This document shows positions 30,243 to 40,715 of a stretch of DNA of 64,000 bases, in pieces. Origin of the DNA: Candidatus Thorarchaeota archaeon (GTDB taxonomy: Archaea > Asgardarchaeota > Thorarchaeia > Thorarchaeales > Thorarchaeaceae); the NCBI GenBank assembly GCA_011364985.1, contig RDOC01000003.1, forward strand, positions 1-64,000. Direction: 5' to 3'. The position numbers were made by a program, and so were the translations under genes. Numbering within the stretch: position 1 is the stretch's first letter; each line of letters opens with the position of its first letter. The notes beneath the pieces were generated by a model, which was not told the origin of the DNA, made no database searches, and was given only the letters and a program-made list of their open reading frames with translations.

Positions 30243-30276
30243 TCACGTGTTCAAGTCGCGTTCGATCCGCCATTTC
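30243..30276 (+). repeat. Second degenerate intron-less tRNA-Val 3' copy (att-like)
   Basis: TCACGTGTTCAAGTCGCGTTCGATCCGCCATTTC vs spliced tRNA plus its TTTC trailer (6 mismatches in 34 nt). Confidence 0.65.
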
Positions 30277-30429
30277 TTCAGGCCATATTCACGCTAGGTG
30301 AAAGGATTATGTCTCGGATTTTCGTTCAAGTACACAACGTTTCAGTGATTCAAAGATGAGTTCTGTACCTCGCAGGCACTCATCGATGAGCCGCAACGAA
30401 GGCAGTCGAACTTCAGCCAAAACTGCAAC

Positions 30430-30957
30430 TTGTCAAAGCGATGTGTAATAATGAAAGATGAAAAACGCGATATTATGCAAAAGATGGCCGGTGGAGAGAT
30501 ATCAGTAGAAGAAGAGCAGAAGCTCCTAGACAAGATTGGCTCCGAAATAAAATCTCATGATAGCTGGAGAATACGCTATTCTAGGGCAGTAGGAGCTCAA
30601 GAGATGGAACGGATCCTGGGAAATGTATTGCCGAATGAAAATCCAGAGTTCTTGGAGGAATTGGATGCAGTAGGACGAGGCAGTGTTTCCTATAATGAGC
30701 TGGGTGAACTAGTCGCCAAACATGCCACAAATGAGTACCTGTCGCAGATAGCAAGTTTAGGTTATGGTGATTTGAACTCTAGACAATTGGGCCTACTGAT
30801 CATGAATGATGTGGGCCCTGATTTTGTAAGAGGGCTGTTGGATGTCGGGTATGAAGCTTCGCCCAAACATATTGTAGACACGGCAATATATGATGTGACC
30901 TTGGATCACATTGACAAATTGATGTTGCTGAGTCATTCTCATGCCGGAGAATACTGA
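30430..30957 (+). CDS. Hypothetical protein, possibly truncated
   Basis: Open frame with SHOCT-like N-terminus (GEISVEE..KLL). Confidence 0.45.
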   Translation: MSKRCVIMKDEKRDIMQKMAGGEISVEEEQKLLDKIGSEIKSHDSWRIRYSRAVGAQEMERILGNVLPNENPEFLEELDAVGRGSVSYNELGELVAKHATNEYLSQIASLGYGDLNSRQLGLLIMNDVGPDFVRGLLDVGYEASPKHIVDTAIYDVTLDHIDKLMLLSHSHAGEY

Positions 30958-31632
30958 ACCCAATCAGAGCTATCCACTATAATCGGATACCTTCGATACT
31001 CGTTAAGGAATAGGATTGTCCCAAGGATGTCTAGTATTAGTGAGGTTGTTAGCGAAAGGAGATACAATAGATCAGCAGCAAAAGAGGCTGACAGGAAATA
31101 GACCAACGGCCAAAATACCTCAATTAGTCCATACCCCAAAAAAAACTGGTTGGGGTGCTCTTTCACGAAGCCGCAGAAGAACGATTCCAAATACCACCGA
31201 CATAATTACATCAGCAGCGAAGAGTACAGACATCAAAGCCATCAATGTATTGACATCCAGGATAGGACTGAGGAATCGATTCATAGACTGGGTTAGAATA
31301 AGAAGTCCTGTTTCGACTATTGCCACCAGACTCAAAATTGTTGCATTATACTCAATGGAAAGTCCGTATATTCCTAGCACAAAAAGGAAAGAGCCGGCAG
31401 TGCCAACCAGACTAATCACAGCAAGTGTCACTATATTGAATTCCGAGAGAGGTCGCGGGCCAAAGATGATAAATGTCTCAATAATAGTTACAAATAATCC
31501 TATTAAGCTTCCCGCGAGTCCAGCTAGAATAAACCCTACGGGATCTCGGCCTATTTCTAATGTGGCTTCTTCTCCAGATTGGTAATAGCTGTCATTTTCC
31601 ACACTAAAACCTTCTATGAAACTCAATCTCAT
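30939..31632 (-). pseudogene. Membrane protein split by a frameshift in a T8 run
   Basis: ORFs 31120-31632 and 30939-31190 join at the homopolymer 31138-31145. Confidence 0.6.
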
Positions 31633-31724
31633 TCATGCAATTCTGTCAGGAGGAATAAACCTTTTCGACCACTTCGGAGCAACTTCGGTTCAGGCTTGGG
31701 AAACTATATCATTGCTAGAATACA

Positions 31725-32246
31725 TTAGAAGAACATTCCTGCACGCTCGGGGTATTTCCTTCTGAACTCCTTTAGGGCAGACTGCTCAAGAATGTCACTA
31801 GACCTAAGCATCTCAGGACTAAGTGTTCCCAAGTCAGGTCGTGCCAAAACAGGCCCAGTGAGAAGATGGTCCACACTCTCACCAGCTATGTCTGAGAGAC
31901 TCAGAGGCGACCGTGTTAATATCCGTTGCAACTGCATCCTTGTCCTTTCAGGCTCACTCAAGGTGGATACAAGATTCCGTATGTCCGACTCCTGAAGGGG
32001 ACGGAAGCCGTATTCTGGCGTGGATCGTATTCTTTCAAGCACCTCTGAAGGCTCTGAGAGTTCAATCCCTGATCCTGTGAATCTGTTGGGACTAAGGGGA
32101 ATCAATTTGAGCTGAAAGGCAGACTCTGTCCCAACGACTAACATCTCACCCCTAGGAGTAGACATGACTCTCCAGCCTCTAGGCTCCGCTGAGTACTGCT
32201 TCAATATGCGCGGCAGAATGTCGTCTACTGGTTCTATATCAGTCAC
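31725..32246 (-). CDS. Hypothetical protein
   Basis: 173-aa open frame with globular composition. Confidence 0.6.
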   Translation of the reverse strand: MTDIEPVDDILPRILKQYSAEPRGWRVMSTPRGEMLVVGTESAFQLKLIPLSPNRFTGSGIELSEPSEVLERIRSTPEYGFRPLQESDIRNLVSTLSEPERTRMQLQRILTRSPLSLSDIAGESVDHLLTGPVLARPDLGTLSPEMLRSSDILEQSALKEFRRKYPERAGMFF

Positions 32247-32383
32247 GGTTCATCATAGAATATAGGTTCGCTTTCCCCTCATAATCATGTTGCTATAGGA
32301 GTTATCGTGGAAAACAGCTTTTATGAATGTAGTATACCTAGCTCCGAGTGTGGGAAGAATGACCTTGTATCTTTCCTATTACT

Positions 32384-32761
32384 TCATGGACGTATAGTCA
32401 AGGCTTCCCCAAATGAAATACCCATGTCGACAGTACCACGCACCAGAGTACTACCTAGGTCCAATCCGTGTATAATCTCTGAAAGCAGGTCATCGCCTGC
32501 TGTACTAGCATCCTCGTATCCATCCAGTTTGTCATAGTCAAAGACATACTTGAAAGTGAGTGTCACATCCTTAACCTGAACTCCGAGGGCTGTCAGTGTC
32601 AGCCTACGAAGTCGCTTCTGGTCATTCAAGAAAGGGCTTACGAAGAACTCGGGGAAGTACACAATCACAGCCGCATTCTTTGCAAATCCTTTGAAATCGG
32701 CATAATCCTCCAGCACTATCGGAGGAGTAAGAGTTGTTGATTCTTGTTTCATTAAAGCCAT
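32384..32761 (-). CDS. Hypothetical protein
   Basis: 125-aa frame behind a structured leader and AT-rich promoter region. Confidence 0.55.
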   Translation of the reverse strand: MALMKQESTTLTPPIVLEDYADFKGFAKNAAVIVYFPEFFVSPFLNDQKRLRRLTLTALGVQVKDVTLTFKYVFDYDKLDGYEDASTAGDDLLSEIIHGLDLGSTLVRGTVDMGISFGEALTIRP

Positions 32762-33026
32762 CTCACTGTTTCCTGTTCGAATCCCTCCCGCCCCTTCATT
32801 TCCAGTGGAGCAGGGAAGGAATTCGGCGTCAAATTAGGCCTCCCGGCCAACTCTAATATGGTATATGTATAACTACTAATAAATTTATCTCTTCTTTTAT
32901 TTTTTAAACTTATAGTTTGATATTAATACTTAGAACACGTGTTCTAGTTGATTGAGAGATGGATCGCAGAAGAGTTATGAGACTCCAATGTCCAGAGGAC
33001 TACTACACGGCAAAATCTGAAGCCTT

Positions 33027-33506
33027 TTAGGATGGAGAAGCAAAAGACTCGCATACCTTTCTCAGACGCTTCAAGTGCTGATTCTTCAGATATGCAAGAT
33101 ACTCAAAAACCACACCAACAACTTTCGATTTGGCGCGAGACGAGATGGAGAGATAGAATTTGTGAGACTTCAGCCCCCGTTCGAGAACCTGATTGCATAC
33201 TGTCACACGCTGGAATTGCAGAGTTGAACCAAATGGTGATGTGAAATCAAACGGGTCGCTGTTAGGAGGTTCCCATTTGCCGTGAACCACTTGAGCCTCT
33301 TCAATTGCGCTGACAACACCAGTAAACATCATGTCTTCGATCTTAGCAATAAGTTCCTCTTCCGACTCCTGTAGAACCAAGAGAAGTGCTTGAACCTCTG
33401 GTATCTTCGTTTTTTCAAGCTCGTCTGCGTAATACTGCAGGTCATTCAGTGCGGTAGCTAGGGCCAGATTCAGCATGTGTTTAACCGGGTCCTTGAAATC
33501 AGACAT
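33027..33506 (-). CDS. Ferritin/rubrerythrin-like four-helix protein (degenerate ligands)
   Basis: Two-fold helical repeat: LALATAL....YY / ERGLKSHKFY...FEYLA....QHLKRL. Confidence 0.55.
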   Translation of the reverse strand: MSDFKDPVKHMLNLALATALNDLQYYADELEKTKIPEVQALLLVLQESEEELIAKIEDMMFTGVVSAIEEAQVVHGKWEPPNSDPFDFTSPFGSTLQFQRVTVCNQVLERGLKSHKFYLSISSRAKSKVVGVVFEYLAYLKNQHLKRLRKVCESFASPS

Positions 33507-33565
33507 GTGAGATTGCCTTAGTATACATTCGGATAAAAGAGATTATTGTTCGTTGTCGAAATGAA

Positions 33566-34291
33566 CTATCTCTCGGCAGCGAGATAGGTTCTGATTTGTT
33601 CATATTCTTGGATGTTCATCAAGTCCTTTATGTCGGGAAGGCCCTCATCGACGAATCTAATGACTGAATGGAGGTTCAAGCCTAATTCCTGTGCCTTCTT
33701 CAATGCACCTTGTTGCCGGTCGATAACAACCGCGATGTCAGTACACTTGATATCATGTATTTCGCGTCTTTCCGCCTCGGCAAGAACTTGGTCACGAGCT
33801 ACAAGCTTAGTCGTCAATCCAGTCACAAGGTCGTCCACGATGCAGAGGCGATCGCCATCTTCAAGGACCCCTTCAAGAAGCTCATGTTGACCGTAGCTAT
33901 CGATAGCCTTCGCGAAGTCCTCCTGACTCTTGACTCCTAGGATTTTCCGTGTGTGACATGTAGGAAGGCCGGATTCAAGAGAGAGAGCAGTAGCAATTGG
34001 TATTCCAGCAAAGGCAACCCCAACAAGCTTGGTGACATCAGGAGCCTCTTCTCTAAGTAGTATTGCCATTGCTTTTCCGACTCTTCTCAATGTACTGGGA
34101 AAGGAGCTTAGAAGCCTAAGCTGGATGTAGAACGGACTCCAGAGGCCCGAGACTAATGTCCATCCCTCTTGCCTGTCACGATTGGCAGTAAGTAGCATTC
34201 GATTTTGATATATCTCTCTCATGATCTCCTGCTTTAGTAAGTCCACATCTTTAGTCATATGAAATGCCCGAGCACCAAGAACTGCTGACAC
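33566..34291 (-). CDS. pyrE: Orotate phosphoribosyltransferase-like PRTase
   Basis: LVSGLWSPFYIQLR, AGIPIAT, IVDDLVT, VIDRQQG. Confidence 0.8.
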   Translation of the reverse strand: MSAVLGARAFHMTKDVDLLKQEIMREIYQNRMLLTANRDRQEGWTLVSGLWSPFYIQLRLLSSFPSTLRRVGKAMAILLREEAPDVTKLVGVAFAGIPIATALSLESGLPTCHTRKILGVKSQEDFAKAIDSYGQHELLEGVLEDGDRLCIVDDLVTGLTTKLVARDQVLAEAERREIHDIKCTDIAVVIDRQQGALKKAQELGLNLHSVIRFVDEGLPDIKDLMNIQEYEQIRTYLAAER

Positions 34292-34346
34292 TCTTAATCT
34301 TACCGAGAGAAGAAAGCATAAGCAGGAGATGAAAGATTAATGGGCT

Positions 34347-35417
34347 GTGAATATTCCAGAACCTATGCAATGGTTGCTGGCAAATTCAGGCCCAGCAATA
34401 CGCTTTCAGATGATAGTGGACATGCTTCAAGAGCAGGATGTCACGCGAGTTAGCCAGGCGCTTGACGATCTGCATAGGAGCCCGATCGTGTCCGAGTGGA
34501 TGGCACGTGTCGGGCGAGGCTTCGAAATGAAACAGCTTCACTCTTCAAATCCTTTGGCATTTGAGAATGTCATGGGAAAACTGGGGGATCTTGGATTGCG
34601 AGCTGGACTTCAACCCTTCGACACTAAGACCCTTCCATTCAGGGTATGGCTATCTGAGGGGGCAAAGAGGGCTGATGATTCTCCCTTCAGAGTGTTCCTA
34701 CGAACTTTAGTCGCTTCATTCCTATCCTTTGTAGGATATGGTGACACGGAGCCGGTCCATGAAGTGCTTGTTAGACGTCTGAAGAGTCTATACTCCTTCG
34801 CAGTGAGCCCGAGTTTTCAAGATATATACACAGAGAGCTATATCACACATGATGTGAAGCAAGAAAAGAGGAAGCATAGGTTTCTGAACCCAGACCTGTA
34901 CTTTGGGCAGCAGCTTGTACTGCCGTGGGTCCATGACATCAGAGGACTTGCCCATTCCAGAAAGATTCTTGATGACCCGGACCTTCGTCACAAAGCAGAG
35001 ACCGTGGTCTCCATGGTCTTCAGTCCTGAGTATCAAGATCTCCCCCTTGGTTATGGTCTGATCAAACATCAGGAAAGATCGTATGTAATTGGATGGAGCG
35101 TTCATCTTCCGGGCTTTGAGTCCCTCCCTAACGATTCATCGATGCCAAAGATACTCCTTCTTCTCCAATCCTTTGCTTCATTTAGGACTGCCCGAGAGAG
35201 CGATTGGTTTCTCCGGATGATGGAGATTTTAGAAGGATGTTCTACTGAGTATGAAACCTACAGATTTCCAAAAGAATGGCTGCCTGAGAAGAACGCAGGA
35301 TACTGGGTGAATGGTGCGTACATGGCTCTTGAAGATGATCGGCAAAAGAAGTCTGCAATTGAGTGTGAGTCCACCTTTAGAATGCTCAAGATAAAGCACC
35401 TGATGACAAGGCAATGA
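34347..35417 (+). CDS. Conserved hypothetical protein
   Basis: 356-aa frame; WLL....PAIRF N-terminus resembles prenyltransferase-fold hypotheticals. Confidence 0.6.
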   Translation: MNIPEPMQWLLANSGPAIRFQMIVDMLQEQDVTRVSQALDDLHRSPIVSEWMARVGRGFEMKQLHSSNPLAFENVMGKLGDLGLRAGLQPFDTKTLPFRVWLSEGAKRADDSPFRVFLRTLVASFLSFVGYGDTEPVHEVLVRRLKSLYSFAVSPSFQDIYTESYITHDVKQEKRKHRFLNPDLYFGQQLVLPWVHDIRGLAHSRKILDDPDLRHKAETVVSMVFSPEYQDLPLGYGLIKHQERSYVIGWSVHLPGFESLPNDSSMPKILLLLQSFASFRTARESDWFLRMMEILEGCSTEYETYRFPKEWLPEKNAGYWVNGAYMALEDDRQKKSAIECESTFRMLKIKHLMTRQ

Positions 35418-35424
35418 ACTGAAT

Positions 35425-36528
35425 CTAGACTGTCTGTGAGCCCTGAGCAGAAGTAGGGACAATCCTAGGCTGGAATGAACCTCTGAACAGAAAAGAGAGA
35501 AACTTGCTCTGCGTGAGAACGCGACTTGCCAGTGGAACAGATATGGCTATTCCAATGACAAATCTGGCTGGCCATAGATTGTACATCAGAATTGGATCTG
35601 TGATAGGAAATCCAACAAGAAGAGCCACCAGCGGAATCAGATAGAAGGTAACTGGATGAATCTCATACACTTCTTGCGAGTTGGCACCCAATGCCATCAA
35701 TAATCTTCGAGTATCGCTGAATCGAAGAAGCAGGCTAGAGGCTGAGAAAACCAAGATAGTACCAATGGTTCCATTCAAGATATACAGCCACGCATTTACT
35801 CCGTAGTTGTCAACTGCAATATCGGTGAATCCGTTTAGATTCGAAGTGAAGATCAAAAAGACGACTAGTATCACCAGCATTGCTGTTGTCCTAGGGACTG
35901 ACGTTGCCCCCCATGGCTTCAGTTCCCTTACCCTGCGCATCTCATTGCCTAGAAGAACAAATGTTGCAGCAAGAAAGGCACTACTGAGTCGCCATGGCAC
36001 CAAATTAGGCGCAAACAATGATTGAATAAGTACTGCAACGACAGGAAAAGTCACTACCAGTAGCCATCGAGCTGCCATAGGGGCATCCTTCAGGACACGG
36101 TCAGATATGACAAAGAGGACCATTCCAAGAAACAGGACTGGCAAGAACCAGAGATGCATGGCTGAGTTGGGAGGGCCGTTTCCGTAGAGAAACCAGAACA
36201 GGAGCTGGTCTGGAGTTAAGTATGTGTCCACAGTGGATGCCAACGGTACGAACATGGTCATGATGATGACATAAAGTAGAAAATAGGGAATGAGATACTG
36301 CCTAGCTCGAGAGCTGATGAAAGCACCTAGGTTCTTCTGGTGTTTCGTGTTGTTATATGTGAGTCCTGCAAGAATGAAGAACAATGGTATTGTGAAGCTG
36401 CTAAGATGGATGGTAACAGGATTAACAATAGGAATAATAGAATGGACAAGAATGACGAACATGACACCGAGACCCTTGGCCGCCTCGATCCAATGGAGCC
36501 TTGTGATATCATCTGCCCTATTAGACAT
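35425..36528 (-). CDS. Acyltransferase-3 family membrane protein
   Basis: WIEAAKGLGV..VILVH, SFTIPLFFILAG, LWFLPVLF. Confidence 0.88.
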   Translation of the reverse strand: MSNRADDITRLHWIEAAKGLGVMFVILVHSIIPIVNPVTIHLSSFTIPLFFILAGLTYNNTKHQKNLGAFISSRARQYLIPYFLLYVIIMTMFVPLASTVDTYLTPDQLLFWFLYGNGPPNSAMHLWFLPVLFLGMVLFVISDRVLKDAPMAARWLLVVTFPVVAVLIQSLFAPNLVPWRLSSAFLAATFVLLGNEMRRVRELKPWGATSVPRTTAMLVILVVFLIFTSNLNGFTDIAVDNYGVNAWLYILNGTIGTILVFSASSLLLRFSDTRRLLMALGANSQEVYEIHPVTFYLIPLVALLVGFPITDPILMYNLWPARFVIGIAISVPLASRVLTQSKFLSFLFRGSFQPRIVPTSAQGSQTV

Positions 36529-36641
36529 TCTTCGGTCTCATCCTGTTGTCATGTCGCCGCTAGCTTTCAACGAAAATTCGCAGGTTATTTTCACCTCTTG
36601 GCAAACTTTTTTAACACTGTCTATGGCGGAATGCATTGACT

Positions 36642-36807
36642 GCGCTCGTTGTCTAAAGGACATCGGATTCTGAAGTCCTGACAAAGGGGCTATGATGGAT
36701 CCCTGCCACGGATCCGGCAATCACATTCACTATGAATGTGATCGGGAACCGGGAACTGCGTTCAGTTTCGAATGTGGTCGGGAATTCGAGTCCCGGCGAG
36801 CGCACCA
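36642..36807 (+). tRNA. tRNA-Gly(GCC) with three non-canonical introns (36656-36685, 36719-36748, 36754-36784)
   Basis: GCGCTCG/CGAGCGC acceptor, GATCC-CTGCCAC-GGATC arm, BHB motifs, ACCA; TTTTTTAA upstream. Confidence 0.88.
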
Positions 36808-37008
36808 TTCCTTAGTTTCTCAGAAGTGATGATTCTTCGGTAGCGCCATTCGAAATAGGGATTTGGTTCACTGATGATAAAGAGCATTCTGATTTGCTGA
36901 TGATAAGCGAGATGCTGTAAAGGATGCAAGAATCAACTTGGTTTTTTACAGATGTTTGGACGCATGGCATCTTTCTGTTTCAATGGTTATCTCTTCATGG
37001 CCTCTCAC

Positions 37009-37299
37009 TCAGAATTGCTGTTTCTTGTCAAGATGAGGGCTTTCATGGTTTTCTGATAACAATCGTATCGCAAGAACGAGAACCACAATGGGTGCAACTA
37101 TGACAATGAGCGAGAACATATAGTCAAGTGGCGTTCCAGTAACTATGATTTGACCAGTAAGAGCCGAAGGCCAAAAGACGAGGATTATGATGAGCACAAT
37201 AAACGTCACAATGAGTCCAAGAAACGAACATCCGTAGTCTTCCACATGAAGGTCACTCAACGAGCCACCCATGCGAACGGAGCGAATCACAACAGCCAT
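37009..37299 (-). CDS. Small 2-TM protein
   Basis: Two hydrophobic helices. Confidence 0.5.
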   Translation of the reverse strand: MAVVIRSVRMGGSLSDLHVEDYGCSFLGLIVTFIVLIIILVFWPSALTGQIIVTGTPLDYMFSLIVIVAPIVVLVLAIRLLSENHESPHLDKKQQF

Positions 37300-37639
37300 C
37301 CCTACAATTAATGCACACAGATTGAGATAAGGTTGATGTTTCCAAATCGCCTACAACTTCAAGACAGACTCATAGTTTACCACAAAATGCAAGATGCTAG
37401 GCACGGATACTCAGCTATCTTGAAAACGGACTGGTGCTCTATCTTGATGCAATCTTTGGGTAGTGAATGCTCTTTCGATTTTCATCTCAAGGTAAGCATA
37501 TCACTTCTCAATCTTATATCGAGCGCTTTCATTTGCTCTCTGCGCACTATCCAAGCCATAGGATGAAGTTTAGCTCATGCGAAAGGTATCTCCTTATCCA
37601 AGATGGGAAGAGGAAGACAATGGTAGGAACCTTGAACTC

Positions 37640-38575
37640 CTAGGTTCTGTAAATGCGAACAGCGTTGTCCCAATATAGCTTCCGAAGCACCGAAAGCGGA
37701 AGATCAAGTCCGTTGATGAATGTCCCCCCAGAGTCCCTTGTGTCAGCATCTTCGAAGGGAAGGGGCGTATGTTGAGCCCGAGTTTCCCATAGAACTCTTT
37801 GAGCATGATATCTCCCTTGGAAGTAGTCCCTATCAGTCCTATCAGTGGAAAGATCGGTACCAAAGAGAATTCGGTCACTGTGTCTCATTAAGAATTCGCG
37901 TGCATCTTTAACATCCTTGCTGAGCTCTCTTGCCATCCAACGAGAGGAAGCCGTATCAATGATTACATTAGAATACTGATTAAGCCATGTAGATAGATTA
38001 GAGAGTCTGTGTATTTCAGGCTGAGAAGCAAAATGAGGAAGCTGGAAAAGCAGTCTATCATACCGTTCTATTACATTCTTGAGTTGTGCAAGGTGATCTT
38101 CTTTTGTGCCATACTTATCGGTATCAGCATAGTGTAGCTTATAGTAGGTGTCAGGATCTCCAACATGAATAAGCAGAGGTAGGCTATTATCCTCCAAGGC
38201 TTGAAACACCGGTTCTAATCGAGTATCATCGATCCTGAAATCTTTCGGTGCATTCTCATAGTAGTCTCGCCAGCGAGGACCAAACCACATCTTCGTCAAC
38301 ACGTAACCTTCGTCTTTGGTTCTGTAGATATCATCAACAATCTTGTCGGTTTCAAAATGTGCAATGTCATTAAGAAACAGGTATTTTGCAAAAACGAACC
38401 TGTCGGGGTATTTGTTTCTGGCATCCAAGAAGACTTCCTTCGTATGGACTATTGCCAACTGGGCGGTAATCCCGAACTCATCTTCAAACATAATCATCTC
38501 TTCCAGATTCTTGGGGTTGCCGATATGCGTGTGCGCGTCGAAGATTGGTCCATTATACTTCCACATATTGGTCAA
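37640..38575 (-). CDS. Amidohydrolase_2 family metallohydrolase
   Basis: DAHTH, LIHVGDP, PHF, RILFGTD. Confidence 0.88.
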   Translation of the reverse strand: MTNMWKYNGPIFDAHTHIGNPKNLEEMIMFEDEFGITAQLAIVHTKEVFLDARNKYPDRFVFAKYLFLNDIAHFETDKIVDDIYRTKDEGYVLTKMWFGPRWRDYYENAPKDFRIDDTRLEPVFQALEDNSLPLLIHVGDPDTYYKLHYADTDKYGTKEDHLAQLKNVIERYDRLLFQLPHFASQPEIHRLSNLSTWLNQYSNVIIDTASSRWMARELSKDVKDAREFLMRHSDRILFGTDLSTDRTDRDYFQGRYHAQRVLWETRAQHTPLPFEDADTRDSGGTFINGLDLPLSVLRKLYWDNAVRIYRT

Positions 38576-38625
38576 TACGCCTCTACTGAGTTTCCAAGAA
38601 TGCCTACTGAAAAGGAATTCCGTTC

Positions 38626-39726
38626 ATGCCAAATAGAATCAGCGAGTTGGAATGGAGTCTTGACAAACCTTATTATCCGATTATTCGCCAGCTACCTGAG
38701 AGTACCTGTGGTATGTACGAGGAGATTGACAGAAGTGACCAAGGCAAATGGTTTCCCGTTGCTGCCTTTGGCTTTATTGTAGTTGTTGGACTATTGAGCA
38801 TCCGATTACTATCCAACCCAATTGTGGTAGTACCGCTGAATGCAGAAGACCTTGTCGCAATAATAGGATTCTCACCGATGCTGGGATATCTCATAGGAAG
38901 TCTTTTTGGATTCTTGAGAAAGCGTAGTACAAAGATCAATCTGGATATGCTTGAATTCTCCGATGAGGTTCGAGATCTCGAGGATTTTGGGAAGGTCTAT
39001 TTTGAGGGCGAGTTTGAAACCACAAACCTTGGAGGCCATCCAGCATACGGATGCGGGTGGGCGATTGTTTTGATGTTTACCGCATTTGCAGGATTCGCAG
39101 TGCTATTTGGGATGGATGCTATTGGCTATTCACTGGGATCCTACATAGAAATCATCATAGTAGCAGTACTCTATCCAGTCGGATTCCATTTTGCATTTCG
39201 GGGAAGTCCCATAAGCAGTTCGTATGTGAAGAACCCACTGCATTATCGCATTACCAAGTACCTGTCGAAAGAAGATGTCCTTCGCAGTATTCTCCGTTGT
39301 GAAACTGTGGAATCAATCATAGTAAGGTTCAGACTCGGCAAGGGGCAGTCACTCCTAGTCATTGATGATATTCGTGTTTATGCAGTGACCTCAGCAAACC
39401 CACCGCTGGAGATTGAAATCACCATTGAAAACATGGAAGACATAGGACCACAATTCACCTATCATCTAGCAGAAGGAACTCCTCTACATAAGGAAGAGAG
39501 AATAGATGTTGATGAAAAGAATGCCTTTCTCATAATCGATGAAGTTGATTTGGATTCGATAATCCGAGTAAGATACGATGTGGGATCAATACGAGCAAAA
39601 TGGACACTTGGCACTCCTAAGGACCTATGCAGTCTAATGCACACACTTCTCGACGAAGTAAGCAAGTTTACCGATATCTCAGCACCCTTCAAGGACTCCA
39701 CAGATGTTGAATTCGGATTTCAGTAG
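38626..39726 (+). CDS. Hypothetical membrane protein
   Basis: 4 TM segments plus a soluble C-terminal domain. Confidence 0.65.
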   Translation: MPNRISELEWSLDKPYYPIIRQLPESTCGMYEEIDRSDQGKWFPVAAFGFIVVVGLLSIRLLSNPIVVVPLNAEDLVAIIGFSPMLGYLIGSLFGFLRKRSTKINLDMLEFSDEVRDLEDFGKVYFEGEFETTNLGGHPAYGCGWAIVLMFTAFAGFAVLFGMDAIGYSLGSYIEIIIVAVLYPVGFHFAFRGSPISSSYVKNPLHYRITKYLSKEDVLRSILRCETVESIIVRFRLGKGQSLLVIDDIRVYAVTSANPPLEIEITIENMEDIGPQFTYHLAEGTPLHKEERIDVDEKNAFLIIDEVDLDSIIRVRYDVGSIRAKWTLGTPKDLCSLMHTLLDEVSKFTDISAPFKDSTDVEFGFQ

Positions 39727-39815
39727 GCAATTGGACCAACTCCAAGTTTGGGATCAGTGGAATTCAATGTATTTCATGACACAATATTCATTTCATTTCA
39801 ATGTTATATTAGGGA

Positions 39816-40715
39816 TTGCTTCCTCAACTCCATAGGAGGCTGTGGAACGTGGACGAGACATCAAAGAAGAAGATTCTTCAAATTGGAAACTTGCTTACAC
39901 CCATCTTTTGCGCCTTGACAATTGGACTCTCAGGATTGGATTTTAGTTCAACGGTGATTAGTGACTCGGGCTATCCAAAGATTCTAAGTCCAGCACCATT
40001 CACATTTGCAGTCTGGGGACCAATCTTCCTCTTCCAGTTCATGTTCTACTTCTATCAGGCTAGAGACCTATTCAAATCTAGAGAGAACAAGATTGAGATG
40101 CCCTATGTTCACGAAGTCAGTGTCTTCTTCATACTCTCGTGGATATCCACTACTGTGTGGTATGTGCTCTGGGTACTTGGCTTTGTCTGGCCAGCTATTG
40201 GAGCGATGTTTGCATACCTCTTGAGCTCGTTAGGAGCGTATCTAGGACTTGGAATCAACCTTCGCGCTAGGTCCCTAAAGGAACATCTCTTTGTCACAGT
40301 GGCCTGGAGCCTACTTGCAGGGTGGGTGACTGTTGCTGCAATTGTCAATACCACGACCGGATTCGTATATTCTGGGTTTGACCCCGGCGTCATTGGGGAA
40401 GCCGGATGGACAAGTATAATCTTGCTCATGGCTGTAGGAATCTACCTTCTAGTGTTGGTAAGAAGAAATGACTTTGTCTTTGCAGGGGTGGGCTTATGGG
40501 CGATTATCGGACTAATTGCAGATCTACTGGACCCTACCAATGTGCCGCAACCATTAGTCACCCTTGTAGCAATATTAGGAGTAGGGATCCTTTCTGTGGC
40601 GATGATTGTGTGGTTTTATCTTCAGAGTAGGCGGGGAGTAATCTCCTTGCCATCATTTTGTGATTTCAATCAGGAAAGCACTAGTCAAGTCACGATTAGG
40701 ATTATAAGCCAATAA
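39816..40715 (+). CDS. TspO-related multi-TM protein
   Basis: PAPFTFAVWGPIF, GWVTVAAIVN, D..FAGVGLWA. Confidence 0.7.
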   Translation: MLPQLHRRLWNVDETSKKKILQIGNLLTPIFCALTIGLSGLDFSSTVISDSGYPKILSPAPFTFAVWGPIFLFQFMFYFYQARDLFKSRENKIEMPYVHEVSVFFILSWISTTVWYVLWVLGFVWPAIGAMFAYLLSSLGAYLGLGINLRARSLKEHLFVTVAWSLLAGWVTVAAIVNTTTGFVYSGFDPGVIGEAGWTSIILLMAVGIYLLVLVRRNDFVFAGVGLWAIIGLIADLLDPTNVPQPLVTLVAILGVGILSVAMIVWFYLQSRRGVISLPSFCDFNQESTSQVTIRIISQ

